Made by a program: the position numbers and the translations under genes
Shown: piece by piece, positions 8,185-16,985 of the stretch
Position numbering within the stretch: position 1 is the first letter of the stretch
Layout of the letters: every line of letters begins with the position of its first letter
Notes under the pieces: model-generated
Told to the model about the DNA's origin: nothing
What the model saw: the letters and a program-made list of their open reading frames with translations, nothing else
Databases searched by the model: none
Assembly: GCA_013151235.1 (NCBI GenBank)
Contig: JAADIO010000046.1
Coordinates: forward strand, 48,455-68,454
Origin: Deltaproteobacteria bacterium
GTDB lineage: Bacteria > CG2-30-53-67
Reading direction: 5' to 3'
Length of the DNA stretch: 20,000 nucleotides

Positions 8185-9651
8185 ATGTCTTTACTGCAAC
8201 AGAATATTCTCGATGTGCAGCGCCTCCTTCCGGAGATCCTTCTCTTCGGTGTCTTTGGGGTGATGCTGACGGCCGACCAGTTTCTGCCGAGACGGCGGAA
8301 AAAGTGGATCGTTACTTTGGGGATTGCGGGGCTGGCTGTTGTCGGTTGTCGTCTGGTCATGGAAGGAATGACGGTGGCCCGATCGGGGCCGGTTTCCCTC
8401 TTCGGAGGAATGATGGTTGTCGATCATTTCGCGATCTTTTTCCAGTGGATCTTCCTGGTCACGACCGTTGTTGCCCTGCTGATGGCTGTCCGCTCGGACG
8501 AGATTGAGAAACAGAACGAAGGGGAATACTACATTCTGACCGTGGCGGTCTGCTTCGGGATGTTCTTTCTTGCCGCCTCGACTCACCTGTTGATGATCCT
8601 CCTCTCCTTCGAGATGATCAGCATCGTCTCCTACGTGCTGGCCGGCTACCTGCGGGGGGATCCCCGGTCGAGCGAATCCGGGATCAAGTACGTGATCTAC
8701 GGCGCTTTTACGACGGGGATCATGATCTACGGGATGTCTCTTCTCTACGGCCTGACCGGGTCATTGCAGATTGAGCGGATTCACGATTTCCTGATGACCG
8801 CCCGGACAGGGGTGGTTCCCGTGACGGTGATTCTCCTGATGATCTCGGCGGGGATGCTCTACAAGATCGCCGCCGTTCCCTTTCATATGTGGTCGCCCGA
8901 TGTCTATGAAGGGGCACCGACGGCGGCGACCGCTTTCTTCTCCGTCGGTCCGAAGGCGGCGGGGTTCGCCATCCTGATCCGGTTCTTCCTGGTGACCTTC
9001 GGCAAGGATTTTCAGGTTGACTGGCGGCAGATCATGGCGATCCTCTCGATGGCGACGATGACGATCGGGAATTATACGGCGCTCAGGCAGGAGAACGTGA
9101 AACGGATGCTGGCCTACTCCAGTATCAGCCATGCCGGATATCTCCTTATGGGAATGGCCGTGGCCTCGCCCGCGGGACGCAGTGCCATCCTTTTCTATCT
9201 CCTTGTTTACATGGTGATGAATTCGGGCGCCTTTATCGTGGTCCTCGCACTGGAGAACATTCTGCACGATTCGGACCTTGCGATTTACAGAGGGATCGGG
9301 ACCCGGCTGCCGCTGCCGGCGGTGACGATGGTCATCTTTCTTGTCTCTCTCGCCGGTCTTCCCCCCACGGCCGGTTTTGTGGGAAAATTCTTCCTCTTCA
9401 AGGCGGTGATCGCCGAGAAGCTCTATCTTCTGGCCCTGGTGGGCATTGTCAACAGCCTGGTTGCTCTCTATTACTATATGCGGGTGGTCAAAGCGATGTA
9501 TATGGAACAGCCGGAGCAGGCGTTGCCGCAGGAGATGTCGGTAACGCCGCTCTATCGTTTTCTGCTGGTCTTGTCGGCGGTGCCGATACTTTATCTTGGG
9601 ATTTTCTTCGAAACGGTTTATCATATATCGGCCCAAGTCGTGTTCGGGTAG
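8185..9651 (+). CDS. nuoN: NADH-quinone oxidoreductase subunit N
   Basis: Motifs SSESGIKY, KIAAVPFHMWSPDVYEGAPT, KRMLAYSSISHAGY, GLPPTAGFVGK, YYYMRVVK. Confidence 0.97.
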   Translation: MSLLQQNILDVQRLLPEILLFGVFGVMLTADQFLPRRRKKWIVTLGIAGLAVVGCRLVMEGMTVARSGPVSLFGGMMVVDHFAIFFQWIFLVTTVVALLMAVRSDEIEKQNEGEYYILTVAVCFGMFFLAASTHLLMILLSFEMISIVSYVLAGYLRGDPRSSESGIKYVIYGAFTTGIMIYGMSLLYGLTGSLQIERIHDFLMTARTGVVPVTVILLMISAGMLYKIAAVPFHMWSPDVYEGAPTAATAFFSVGPKAAGFAILIRFFLVTFGKDFQVDWRQIMAILSMATMTIGNYTALRQENVKRMLAYSSISHAGYLLMGMAVASPAGRSAILFYLLVYMVMNSGAFIVVLALENILHDSDLAIYRGIGTRLPLPAVTMVIFLVSLAGLPPTAGFVGKFFLFKAVIAEKLYLLALVGIVNSLVALYYYMRVVKAMYMEQPEQALPQEMSVTPLYRFLLVLSAVPILYLGIFFETVYHISAQVVFG

Positions 9652-9687
9652 GGGGACACAGGGACGGATTTATTGGAGAGCCTTGTA

Positions 9688-10305
9688 ATGCCGGGTGACA
9701 GCGGAAATTTCAGGTTTCCTTTTCGGGGAATCTCGCGGGAGAAGTTCTATACCGAGTCGGACCCGAAATTCTATGAGAAGGTAGAAGAGATTTCATCCTG
9801 CTGGCAGGAGGAGTTCGATGCCGGGAATCTGCATGCCGTGGCTGCCCTGCTGAAGGAAGGGGGGCCGGCGTTTTTGCATGTTCCCTGGATCCGGGAACAG
9901 ATAAGGGTCTGGGAGGAGGAGGCGAGCGAGTCCTCGTTGAAACTTCTTCAGGAGATTGAAGCGATCGTGACCGGCAAGTCCCATGAGACCGGAAGTCAAA
10001 AGCCTTTCGGTGAAAAACAGTTGATGCTCAAGGAGTATGATACCTATCTCCACCGTTTCATCGAGCTCTGTGAGAAACGGCGACTGATCTGCGGAGATTG
10101 CCCCAATTTTCAGCAGGACCCCTATATCGTCTCCTGCTTTGCCGACTGTGATTTCCCGGCACGGCGTGAGAAACTTCGGGAGGTTGCCGGGGGTGTCAGG
10201 CGGATGGAGACGATCTTTCAACATCCTCCCTACCTGAAAGCCCTTCGCATGGTGGTGCTCGATGGTGAGATCTTTCGGAAACGGAAGAATCCCGGAAGGG
10301 GTTAA
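9688..10305 (+). CDS. Hypothetical soluble protein with C-terminal Cys cluster
   Basis: About 205-aa ORF filling the gap after nuoN. GGAG lies upstream of ATG 9688. Contains C-x6-C-x2-C-x11-C-x3-C. No family recognised. Confidence 0.7.
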   Translation: MPGDSGNFRFPFRGISREKFYTESDPKFYEKVEEISSCWQEEFDAGNLHAVAALLKEGGPAFLHVPWIREQIRVWEEEASESSLKLLQEIEAIVTGKSHETGSQKPFGEKQLMLKEYDTYLHRFIELCEKRRLICGDCPNFQQDPYIVSCFADCDFPARREKLREVAGGVRRMETIFQHPPYLKALRMVVLDGEIFRKRKNPGRG

Positions 10306-10949
10306 CAACAGCGGGCCATGACCTGCTTTCTCCCGTTCCGTTTTGCCTCGTAGAGCGCCTGGTCGGCCACTTCAAGAATCTCTCCGTTTTGCATAAAGGA
10401 TTGACAGTTTGAGACGATTCCGCAACTGAAGCTCACCGCTACAGGGGAATGAGAAGGGATCGTCAGGGGCTTTTGTATCAGCCGTTGCAGGATTCTCTCC
10501 ATGATCGTAAGGCCGGCCGTGATATCCGTGTCGGGCATGATGACGGCAAACTCCTCACCGCCGATCCGGCAGACCACATCCACCCGCCTCAGATTTTTCT
10601 TCAGGAATTGTGCAAACTTGCGGAGGACCTGGTCCCCGACCTGATGGCCATGGCTGTCGTTGATTTTTTTGAAATGGTCGAGGTCGACAATCGCGACGCA
10701 GAAAGGAAAACCTTGCCGGGACATGCGGGCGATCTCTTCTCCCAGGCGGTTGTCGAAGTAGCGCCGGTTGAAGATATGGGTCAGATGATCGATGACGGCC
10801 ATTTTCTTGTAGGAGCGAAGTGCCCGGACCTCTCTTTCCAGTTTTGCGATCTTTTCCTCATAGTATCCGGGATCGTAGGGGATGGGATTGGTTTTACGGG
10901 CGAGGTCGGGTGAAACGATCTTCTTCTCAATGGCTATGCCTTGACTCAT
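10302..10949 (-). CDS. Diguanylate cyclase (GGDEF domain, short N-terminal coiled coil)
   Basis: Motifs DHLTHIFNRR, DLDHFKKINDSHGHQVGD, RIGGEEF, ADQALYEAKRNGR. RxxD I-site (RRVD) lies five residues before GGEEF. AGGAG RBS. Confidence 0.95.
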   Translation of the reverse strand: MSQGIAIEKKIVSPDLARKTNPIPYDPGYYEEKIAKLEREVRALRSYKKMAVIDHLTHIFNRRYFDNRLGEEIARMSRQGFPFCVAIVDLDHFKKINDSHGHQVGDQVLRKFAQFLKKNLRRVDVVCRIGGEEFAVIMPDTDITAGLTIMERILQRLIQKPLTIPSHSPVAVSFSCGIVSNCQSFMQNGEILEVADQALYEAKRNGRKQVMARCC

Positions 10950-10996
10950 GGTTCACTCCTGTTTCAGGTCCGCAGTTTTGACACAAATGGTATGTA

Positions 10997-11013
10997 AGCA
11001 AAGACTGTGCCAA
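10997..11013 (-). promoter_or_regulatory. Sigma-54 (-24/-12) promoter of the diguanylate cyclase
   Basis: Minus strand reads TTGGCACAGTCTTTGCT = TGGCAC-N5-TTGC consensus, about 50 bp upstream of the ATG and in the correct orientation. Confidence 0.85.
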
Positions 11014-11028
11014 CCAGGTTTTTGTCTG

Positions 11029-11041
11029 TAACTGTATGATT
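11029..11041 (-). promoter_or_regulatory. Probable IHF site upstream of the sigma-54 promoter
   Basis: AATCATACAGTTA has one mismatch to WATCAAnnnnTTR and lies in AT-rich sequence just upstream of the -24 box. Confidence 0.45.
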
Positions 11042-11206
11042 TTAATGAATTTCAGAAAAAATCATCCGGCTCCGGGGAGGACATTTCTTTGTCGGTGTCG
11101 TATCTTTTGACGGGGGGGAGCGGGGATTATCATGAAGAACCGGCGGGGGATTATGATATACTTCCTCTTTGTTTGATCGTGGTAAAACGTTCCTCAGGGA
11201 GGTTCC

Positions 11207-12352
11207 ATGCGGGTTGCAATCATTGGAGCAGGGATTGCAGGGTGCCATGCCGCCGCTCTGCTTGCAGGGGAAGGGCATGAGGTCCTCCTTTACGATCCGA
11301 TGTCGCCCTGGGAGAAACCCTGCGGTGGTGGGATCACTCCCCGAAACTTCAGAGATTTTCCTTTCCTTAATGAGTTCCGGTCCGGCTGTTTTCCCGTCCA
11401 CCGGATGCTGATGGAGGCGCCCGACGGCACAAGATGCGTCATTCCGTTTCCCGAACCGGTATGGATTGCCTCCCGGCATGCACTCGGAGAGTTCCTCCTG
11501 AAACGGGCGGAGGCGGCTGGCGCCCGGCATCTGAGGCAACAGGTCATCAGGGTTGAGGGAAAAGGGGAAGGGTGGAGGGTTGTCACCGGGGGAGGAAAAA
11601 CCGGAGCCGATTTCCTTGTCGGCGCCGACGGGGTCAACAGTATGGTCCGCTCCCGGTTGTCCGCCCGGTTGCCCCGAAAAGACGAAACGTTGGCCGTCGG
11701 CTACTGGATCGAAGGGGCGATGGAAGATGAACTTGTGATCGCCTTTCTGAAGGGGATTTCCGGTTATCTTTGGATCTTCCCGCGGAAAGAGCACCTCTCC
11801 GCCGGGATCGGGGCCCGGGTGGGAGAGGCCTCGGGCCGGGAACTGTTCGGACACCTCGACCGGTACCTTGAACGGTTTGATGCACGCCTCATGGAACGGC
11901 CCAAAAAACCTTATGGGGCCTTGATCCCGGCGCTGACCCGGGAGGGGTTGAAGGTGAACCGCATCTGCGGGGGAAACTGGGCGCTGATCGGTGATGCCTC
12001 CGGGCTTGTTGATCCGGTGACGGGCGAGGGGATCTATTACGCCTTCCGGTCCGCCGAATTTCTTGTTGAGGCCTTCCGGTGGTGTAAGGTGGAAATGTAT
12101 GAAGAGATCTGCCGGAAACGGATCGTACCCGAACTTCGTCAGGCGGCGGCCTATGTGCGGACCTTTTTCGATCCCGGCGTCTCCTGCCGTCTGGTGCAAC
12201 TTGCCGGAGACAAGGCGGGCGTCCGGCGACTTCTGGCAAGGCTGATTGCCGGGGAGCAGGGGTATCGCACTTTGAAGAGGGAACTGCTGAAGGTCATTCC
12301 CTCACTTTTTTGGGATTTCCTGGGAAATATGTTTCCGGGCGAATTGAAATGA
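11207..12352 (+). CDS. FAD-dependent oxidoreductase, geranylgeranyl reductase family
   Basis: Rossmann motif VAIIGAGIAG, plus EKPCGGG, VGADG.NS, GYLWIFP, LIGDASGLVDPVTGEGIYYA. GGAGG RBS. Confidence 0.9.
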   Translation: MRVAIIGAGIAGCHAAALLAGEGHEVLLYDPMSPWEKPCGGGITPRNFRDFPFLNEFRSGCFPVHRMLMEAPDGTRCVIPFPEPVWIASRHALGEFLLKRAEAAGARHLRQQVIRVEGKGEGWRVVTGGGKTGADFLVGADGVNSMVRSRLSARLPRKDETLAVGYWIEGAMEDELVIAFLKGISGYLWIFPRKEHLSAGIGARVGEASGRELFGHLDRYLERFDARLMERPKKPYGALIPALTREGLKVNRICGGNWALIGDASGLVDPVTGEGIYYAFRSAEFLVEAFRWCKVEMYEEICRKRIVPELRQAAAYVRTFFDPGVSCRLVQLAGDKAGVRRLLARLIAGEQGYRTLKRELLKVIPSLFWDFLGNMFPGELK

Positions 12353-12424
12353 TTCGGTTTACATGATATACATGTGGATAGATCTATCAATATGTTTAAT
12401 TGTTGTGCTTGAGGTTTGACCCGT

Positions 12425-13693
12425 TTGGACATTCCCTTATATTCATACATCCTGTTCACCCTCGGTTTTCTTCTGTTTTCCGCCTTTATCTCCGGTTCGA
12501 AGAAGGCCTTCTTTTTTCTGGATCGTGAGGAGATCCTCTCTCTTCCTTCCGGGAAGGGGCGGGAGGCGCTCCTCTTTCTAAGTGGGAAACCGAGACGTAC
12601 CCTGCTGACGCTTCTGATCCTGCACCTCGTTTTCCAGGCTTTGTTGGTGCTCTTTACGCTGACGGCCATTCAACAGGCGCCGGCCCGGTTGGCGGCGCTT
12701 TTCTGCCTCCTGATTCTCTATCTTGCCGTCGGAAGGATTCTTCCGCGTGCCCTGGTGCAGGGGCGGGAACTGCTCTATCTCCGGAATGCGGCCGTCTATT
12801 TGAAATTTCTTTTTCGTCTTGTTGCCCCTTTTCGGGCCATTGTTGAGAAGATCTCCTTTTTTCTGCTCCGGGGAAGCGGCGGGGAATTGCCGATGTTTCA
12901 GGATCGGGACTTCATCCACCGGGTGATGCCGGTGCCGGAGGAGGGTCCGGGACTGTATGAACGGGAGATGGTTCAGAACGTCATGGAGTTCCAGGAAACA
13001 CTGGTCAAGGAAGTGATGACGCCCCGGCCCGACATGTTTTGTGTCGAACTGGAGGAGGATGTGCAGAGCGTTATGGAGAAAATCCGCACCTCCCGTTATT
13101 CCCGTATCCCCGTGTATGAGAAGGATCTCGATCATATCGTGGGGATCCTCTATGCCAAGGATCTGCTCTCCCTCCTGATCGAAGAGAACGGTATGGAACG
13201 GCATTGTATCGGGGAACTACAGCATCCGGCATTGCATATTCCGGAAACCAAACGAGTCAGTGAACTCCTCCGTGATTTCAAGAAGCAGAATGTTCATATT
13301 GCCATGGTGGTGGATGAGTTCGGCGGGGTGGAAGGTCTGGTCTGTCTTGAGGATCTCCTGGAAGAGATCGTGGGAGAACTCCAGGACGAGGCGGATGAGG
13401 AAGAGCGGCCGGTAAAAAAGATTTCCGACCGGGTCTGCCGTGTTTCCGCGATGTTGCCGCTGGAGGATTTCAACACCCTCTTCCAGGTTTCCATTGAAAG
13501 TGAGGACTACGAGACGGTCGGGGGGTTTGTGGTGGATCAATTGGGGCATTTTCCCAAATGGGGGGAGCGGATTCGTTATGAAGGGCTGGAGATCGTGGTT
13601 TACCGGGTCCGGAAGGTCCGGGTCCTGGAACTGATGGTCACCCGGCTCGATGACGTTCCGGCAGAGGGTGAAGCTCCTGCCGGAGAGATGTAA
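12425..13693 (+). CDS. CNNM/CorB (hemolysin-like) transporter: DUF21 + CBS pair + CorC/HlyC
   Basis: N-terminal TM segments; VKEVMTPRPDM, YSRIPVY, HIAMVVDEFGGVEGLVCLEDLLEEIVGE, DYETVGG. Start is uncertain (TTG 12416 or 12425). Confidence 0.9.
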   Translation: MDIPLYSYILFTLGFLLFSAFISGSKKAFFFLDREEILSLPSGKGREALLFLSGKPRRTLLTLLILHLVFQALLVLFTLTAIQQAPARLAALFCLLILYLAVGRILPRALVQGRELLYLRNAAVYLKFLFRLVAPFRAIVEKISFFLLRGSGGELPMFQDRDFIHRVMPVPEEGPGLYEREMVQNVMEFQETLVKEVMTPRPDMFCVELEEDVQSVMEKIRTSRYSRIPVYEKDLDHIVGILYAKDLLSLLIEENGMERHCIGELQHPALHIPETKRVSELLRDFKKQNVHIAMVVDEFGGVEGLVCLEDLLEEIVGELQDEADEEERPVKKISDRVCRVSAMLPLEDFNTLFQVSIESEDYETVGGFVVDQLGHFPKWGERIRYEGLEIVVYRVRKVRVLELMVTRLDDVPAEGEAPAGEM

Positions 13694-13698
13694 AACGC

Positions 13699-14955
13699 AT
13701 GTGGCTGAATCTTTTCTATCTGATTGCCGGACTGGCCGGATTCGTCGGGGAGGCCTTTTTCGCCGTTGCCGAGAATGCCCTGGTGGCTTCCGATAAACTG
13801 CTTCTTCTCGATCAGAAGGAGAAAGGGCCGGGGATCCTGCCGCTGTTGCAGATGCTTTCCCATCCACAGCGGATCTCCCAGACCCTGCTCGTCGGATCGG
13901 TCTTCTCCGTGGGGGTTGGTACAACCTTTTCTTTTCTGCTCCTTTTCCGTCTCAGCGGCGGTACGCCCGGTTTGCTTCTTCTTCCGGTTTTTGCCTTTCT
14001 CCTGATCCTGATCATCGTTTTTGCGGAAGTCCTTCCCCGTGCGATTTTTTCGGATTGTCCCGAGGAAACGGCCCTTCGTATCGCCCGGCCCCTTGCGGTC
14101 TGCATGTCGTCTCTGCGTGTTGTGATCGACCCGGCCCTACGCTTTTTCGAGACCGTACGCACGATTTCCGGGTTGAAAGGGAAAGAGGAAACCCCCTTTG
14201 TTGAAGACGAGGACCTGGAGTGGATCCGCCGGTTTGTCCGGGGGAGTGAAACCCTGCGCAGAGAGGAGGTCCGGATCATCCGGAAAATCATCGATTTCAG
14301 CGAGATCCGTGTCCGCGATGTTTGTGTCCCCCTCGAACAGGTGATCGCGGTCGAGGAGAGGGAGAATATTTCCCGGGCCATTCGGAAAATTCGGGAAAGC
14401 GGATTCACGCGCCTTCCCGTCTATCGGAAGGAAGAACATGAAATTGTGGGCATACTTCATGCCCTCGATCTCTTCAGCCAGCGGGGACTCGATACTCCGG
14501 TGGACGCGTGCTGCCGTCAACCCTTCTTTGTTTCGGAGGAGACCTTGATTCGTGATCTCTTCCGGGACCTCCAGCGATTGGGGATCGTCATGGCCGTGGT
14601 CCGGAATCATACAGGCAGGGCGGTCGGCATTGTCACCATGGAAGATCTGCTGGAGGAGATCTTTGGAGAGATTGAGGATGAATTTGACCTGAAGGATCAG
14701 TTTTTCCGGAAGATCGGCCGCGGGGAGTATCTTGTGGATACCCGGGTTGACCTTGATGCTTTGCAGGAGGCTCTTCAGTTGCCGATTCCCCGAAACGGCT
14801 ATCGGACCTTGAACGGGTATATCCTTCACTATCTTCGGCGGGTCCCCCAGGAGGGGGAACGGTTCACCATCGGGGACCTGATGTTTAAGGTCGAGCTGGC
14901 CGATCAACGGAGAATTTATAAACTCTTTGTACGAAAACTGGAATTTCCCCGATAG
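13699..14955 (+). CDS. Second CNNM/CorB (hemolysin-like) transporter
   Basis: Motifs EAFFAVAENALV, FAEVLPR, GFTRLPVY, GIVTMEDLLEEIFGEIEDEFD, YRTLNGY. Confidence 0.9.
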   Translation: MWLNLFYLIAGLAGFVGEAFFAVAENALVASDKLLLLDQKEKGPGILPLLQMLSHPQRISQTLLVGSVFSVGVGTTFSFLLLFRLSGGTPGLLLLPVFAFLLILIIVFAEVLPRAIFSDCPEETALRIARPLAVCMSSLRVVIDPALRFFETVRTISGLKGKEETPFVEDEDLEWIRRFVRGSETLRREEVRIIRKIIDFSEIRVRDVCVPLEQVIAVEERENISRAIRKIRESGFTRLPVYRKEEHEIVGILHALDLFSQRGLDTPVDACCRQPFFVSEETLIRDLFRDLQRLGIVMAVVRNHTGRAVGIVTMEDLLEEIFGEIEDEFDLKDQFFRKIGRGEYLVDTRVDLDALQEALQLPIPRNGYRTLNGYILHYLRRVPQEGERFTIGDLMFKVELADQRRIYKLFVRKLEFPR

Positions 14956-14976
14956 GTCCGATATCCGGAATTGTTC

Positions 14977-15006
14977 TTGACAGTAAATATTCGGGAATGT
15001 TAATAT
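14977..15006 (+). promoter_or_regulatory. Sigma-70 promoter of the Fo operon
   Basis: TTGACA (14977-82), 18-bp spacer, extended -10 TG-n-TAATAT (hexamer 15001-06). Confidence 0.65.
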
Positions 15007-15035
15007 CCCGAAGTTTGTATGAAGCCGATCATCCC

Positions 15036-15257
15036 ATGAAAAAAGAAGACAAGGCCTTCTACAGGAAGCTCTATTCGGTCAGTACGGCCGGCATCTACAT
15101 GGTTGTCGCGACGATGATCGGCTATTTTATAGGGAACAAACTGGACCGGTGGTTTGACACTTATCCCTGGCTGACCCTGTTCTTTCTCTTTTGCGGAATT
15201 GCGGCCGGGTTCAAGAACCTGATCGAAATCGCCATCAAGGAAAATAAAGAGGAATAG
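15036..15257 (+). CDS. atpZ: AtpZ/AtpI-family (ATP synthase gene 1) small membrane protein
   Basis: Pattern IGYFIG.KLDRWFDTYPWLTLFFLFCGIAAGFKNL; first gene upstream of atpB. Confidence 0.85.
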   Translation: MKKEDKAFYRKLYSVSTAGIYMVVATMIGYFIGNKLDRWFDTYPWLTLFFLFCGIAAGFKNLIEIAIKENKEE

Positions 15258-15263
15258 TCCGAT

Positions 15264-15665
15264 ATGAGCGGTGAAAAGGGGCAGCATCTGACGATCAAAG
15301 GGGTTACCTGGCCGGGATTGCTCTTTCTTCTCCTTCTCCTCGGGGCGTCCGTTCCCCTCTTCGGTCGGGGCCTTGCCCTCGGCATGGGGGTCGGAATGGC
15401 CGTGGGACTGCTGAATTTCAAGGCGATTGAGTTGATCGTCAAACGGGTGATGGGACCGGACGGCGGGAGCAGGCTCCTCTACGGAATCTTCGGAATGGTG
15501 AAGTTCCTGGTCCTGGGGGGCATATTTTTTCTGCTGATTTATTATAAATTTTTTGATGTGTACGGGATTGTCGCCGGGTTTACGGCGGTACTTCTGCTGG
15601 TGATGATGGAAGGACTGCTCCGGGCGAACCGTTTTGACACCAACGAACTGACCGTGGAGGAATAG
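15264..15665 (+). CDS. atpI: ATP synthase protein I
   Basis: 4-TM 133-aa protein (G...GLLNF, KFLVLG, GIVAGF) immediately before atpB. Confidence 0.8.
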   Translation: MSGEKGQHLTIKGVTWPGLLFLLLLLGASVPLFGRGLALGMGVGMAVGLLNFKAIELIVKRVMGPDGGSRLLYGIFGMVKFLVLGGIFFLLIYYKFFDVYGIVAGFTAVLLLVMMEGLLRANRFDTNELTVEE

Positions 15666-15670
15666 TCGCC

Positions 15671-16336
15671 ATGCACGAACCACCGATGTTTTTGAGCTTT
15701 CTGGGACATGAATATCTGCCGTTGGGATATGCGGTTGTTTCCGTTCTGCTCCTGCTCCTTTTAGCGAAGATCGCCACCTCCAATCTGGCCCTGGTCCCCT
15801 CGGGCCTGCAGAATTTTTTTGAATCGGTCCTGGAGATGGTCCTGAATTTCATGGCCGAGATCATGGGAGAAAAAAATGCCCGCCGGTTTTTGCCGATGAT
15901 CGGGACCTTTGCGCTCTTTGTTTTTGTTTCAAACGTGATGGACGTGTTCCCCGGCATGGGGTCGGCAACCTCCAACCTCAACATCACCGTCGCCTGTGCC
16001 CTGATCGTCTTCTTTTCCGTCCATATCTTCGGGATCAAGGAGCACGGGTTCAAATACCTGAAACATTTCATGGGACCGGTCCCCTGGCTGGCCCCTCTCA
16101 TGTTTCCCATTGAAATCATCGGGCATCTGGCAAGGCCGCTCTCGCACAGTCTGCGGCTTTTCGGGAATATCTTCGGGGAAGATGTCCTGTTGGCGATTCT
16201 CGCAGGCCTGGTGCCGTTTCTGGTTCCCGTCCCGATCCTCGGCCTGATGATCTTTACCAGCACGGTGCAGACCTTTGTCTTCGTCCTTCTGGCGATTCTC
16301 TATATACAGGGGGCCGTTGAGCATGGAGAACATTAG
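15671..16336 (+). CDS. atpB: ATP synthase Fo subunit a
   Basis: Motifs VPSGLQNFFE, ATSNLN, PIEIIGHLARPLSHSLRLFGNIFGED (essential Arg), VQTFVF.LL..LY. Confidence 0.97.
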   Translation: MHEPPMFLSFLGHEYLPLGYAVVSVLLLLLLAKIATSNLALVPSGLQNFFESVLEMVLNFMAEIMGEKNARRFLPMIGTFALFVFVSNVMDVFPGMGSATSNLNITVACALIVFFSVHIFGIKEHGFKYLKHFMGPVPWLAPLMFPIEIIGHLARPLSHSLRLFGNIFGEDVLLAILAGLVPFLVPVPILGLMIFTSTVQTFVFVLLAILYIQGAVEHGEH

Positions 16337-16576
16337 GCGGTTTTGCTGAAAGTCCATCCGTTGTGAGACGATGGAGATGAATTGCTGATTTCTCCCGGGA
16401 TTTCCCCGGGATCCATTCCTGTGGTTTTTGTACAACCGGCCATGGGCCTGTAACCGCCTTCCGGGGACGGAAGCGTGGGGCACATTCCAAGGTGGGGGAA
16501 CGATACCTTGCATGTGCGGCAGGTGGCATGGAGGGTGTTTCGAAAAGCCGCACACTACAGAAGGGAGGTTTACCTT

Positions 16577-16897
16577 ATGCGTCGTATGATAACTTCTTTG
16601 TTTGTTTTTGCCGTGATGCTGCTTTCCGCCATGCCGGCCATGGCGGCGGAAGGAGCGAACGGCGGCGGTTCCAATGGGATCATCGCCATCGCCACGGCAC
16701 TGGCCGTCGCCATTGCCGCCTTCGGCGGCGGGATCGGTCAGGGGAATGCCGTCAACGGGGCCATGCAGGGGATTGCCCGGAACCCCGGGGCATCCGGAAA
16801 GATCATGACCAACATGATCATCGGTCTTGCCATGATCGAGTCTCTGGTCATCTATGGTCTGGTCATTGCTTTCATGCTCCTCGGCAAAATGGGTTGA
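16577..16897 (+). CDS. atpE: ATP synthase Fo subunit c with N-terminal signal-like extension
   Basis: Motifs GGGIGQG, IARNP, GLAMIESLVIY. GGGAGG RBS before ATG 16577. Confidence 0.96.
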   Translation: MRRMITSLFVFAVMLLSAMPAMAAEGANGGGSNGIIAIATALAVAIAAFGGGIGQGNAVNGAMQGIARNPGASGKIMTNMIIGLAMIESLVIYGLVIAFMLLGKMG

Positions 16898-16910
16898 TGG
16901 ATGTTGCGGG

Positions 16911-16941
16911 GAGGCGGGACGTGTTGCGTCCCCTTTTGTTT
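16911..16941 (+). terminator. Probable intrinsic terminator after atpE
   Basis: Hairpin GGGACG-tgttg-CGTCCC followed by CTTTTGTTT. Confidence 0.6.
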
Positions 16942-16985
16942 GATGGTTTTGTAAGAATCGCTCTCTTTTTGTAAAGGTGAAGAGA

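Noticed and set aside
11207-12352. Calling the flavoprotein chlP/bchP or menJ
   Set aside because: Only family-level motifs are visible, and there is no photosynthesis or menaquinone gene context to fix the substrate.
12375-12390. FNR box
   Set aside because: Half-sites are spaced N6 rather than the N4 required for TTGAT-N4-ATCAA.
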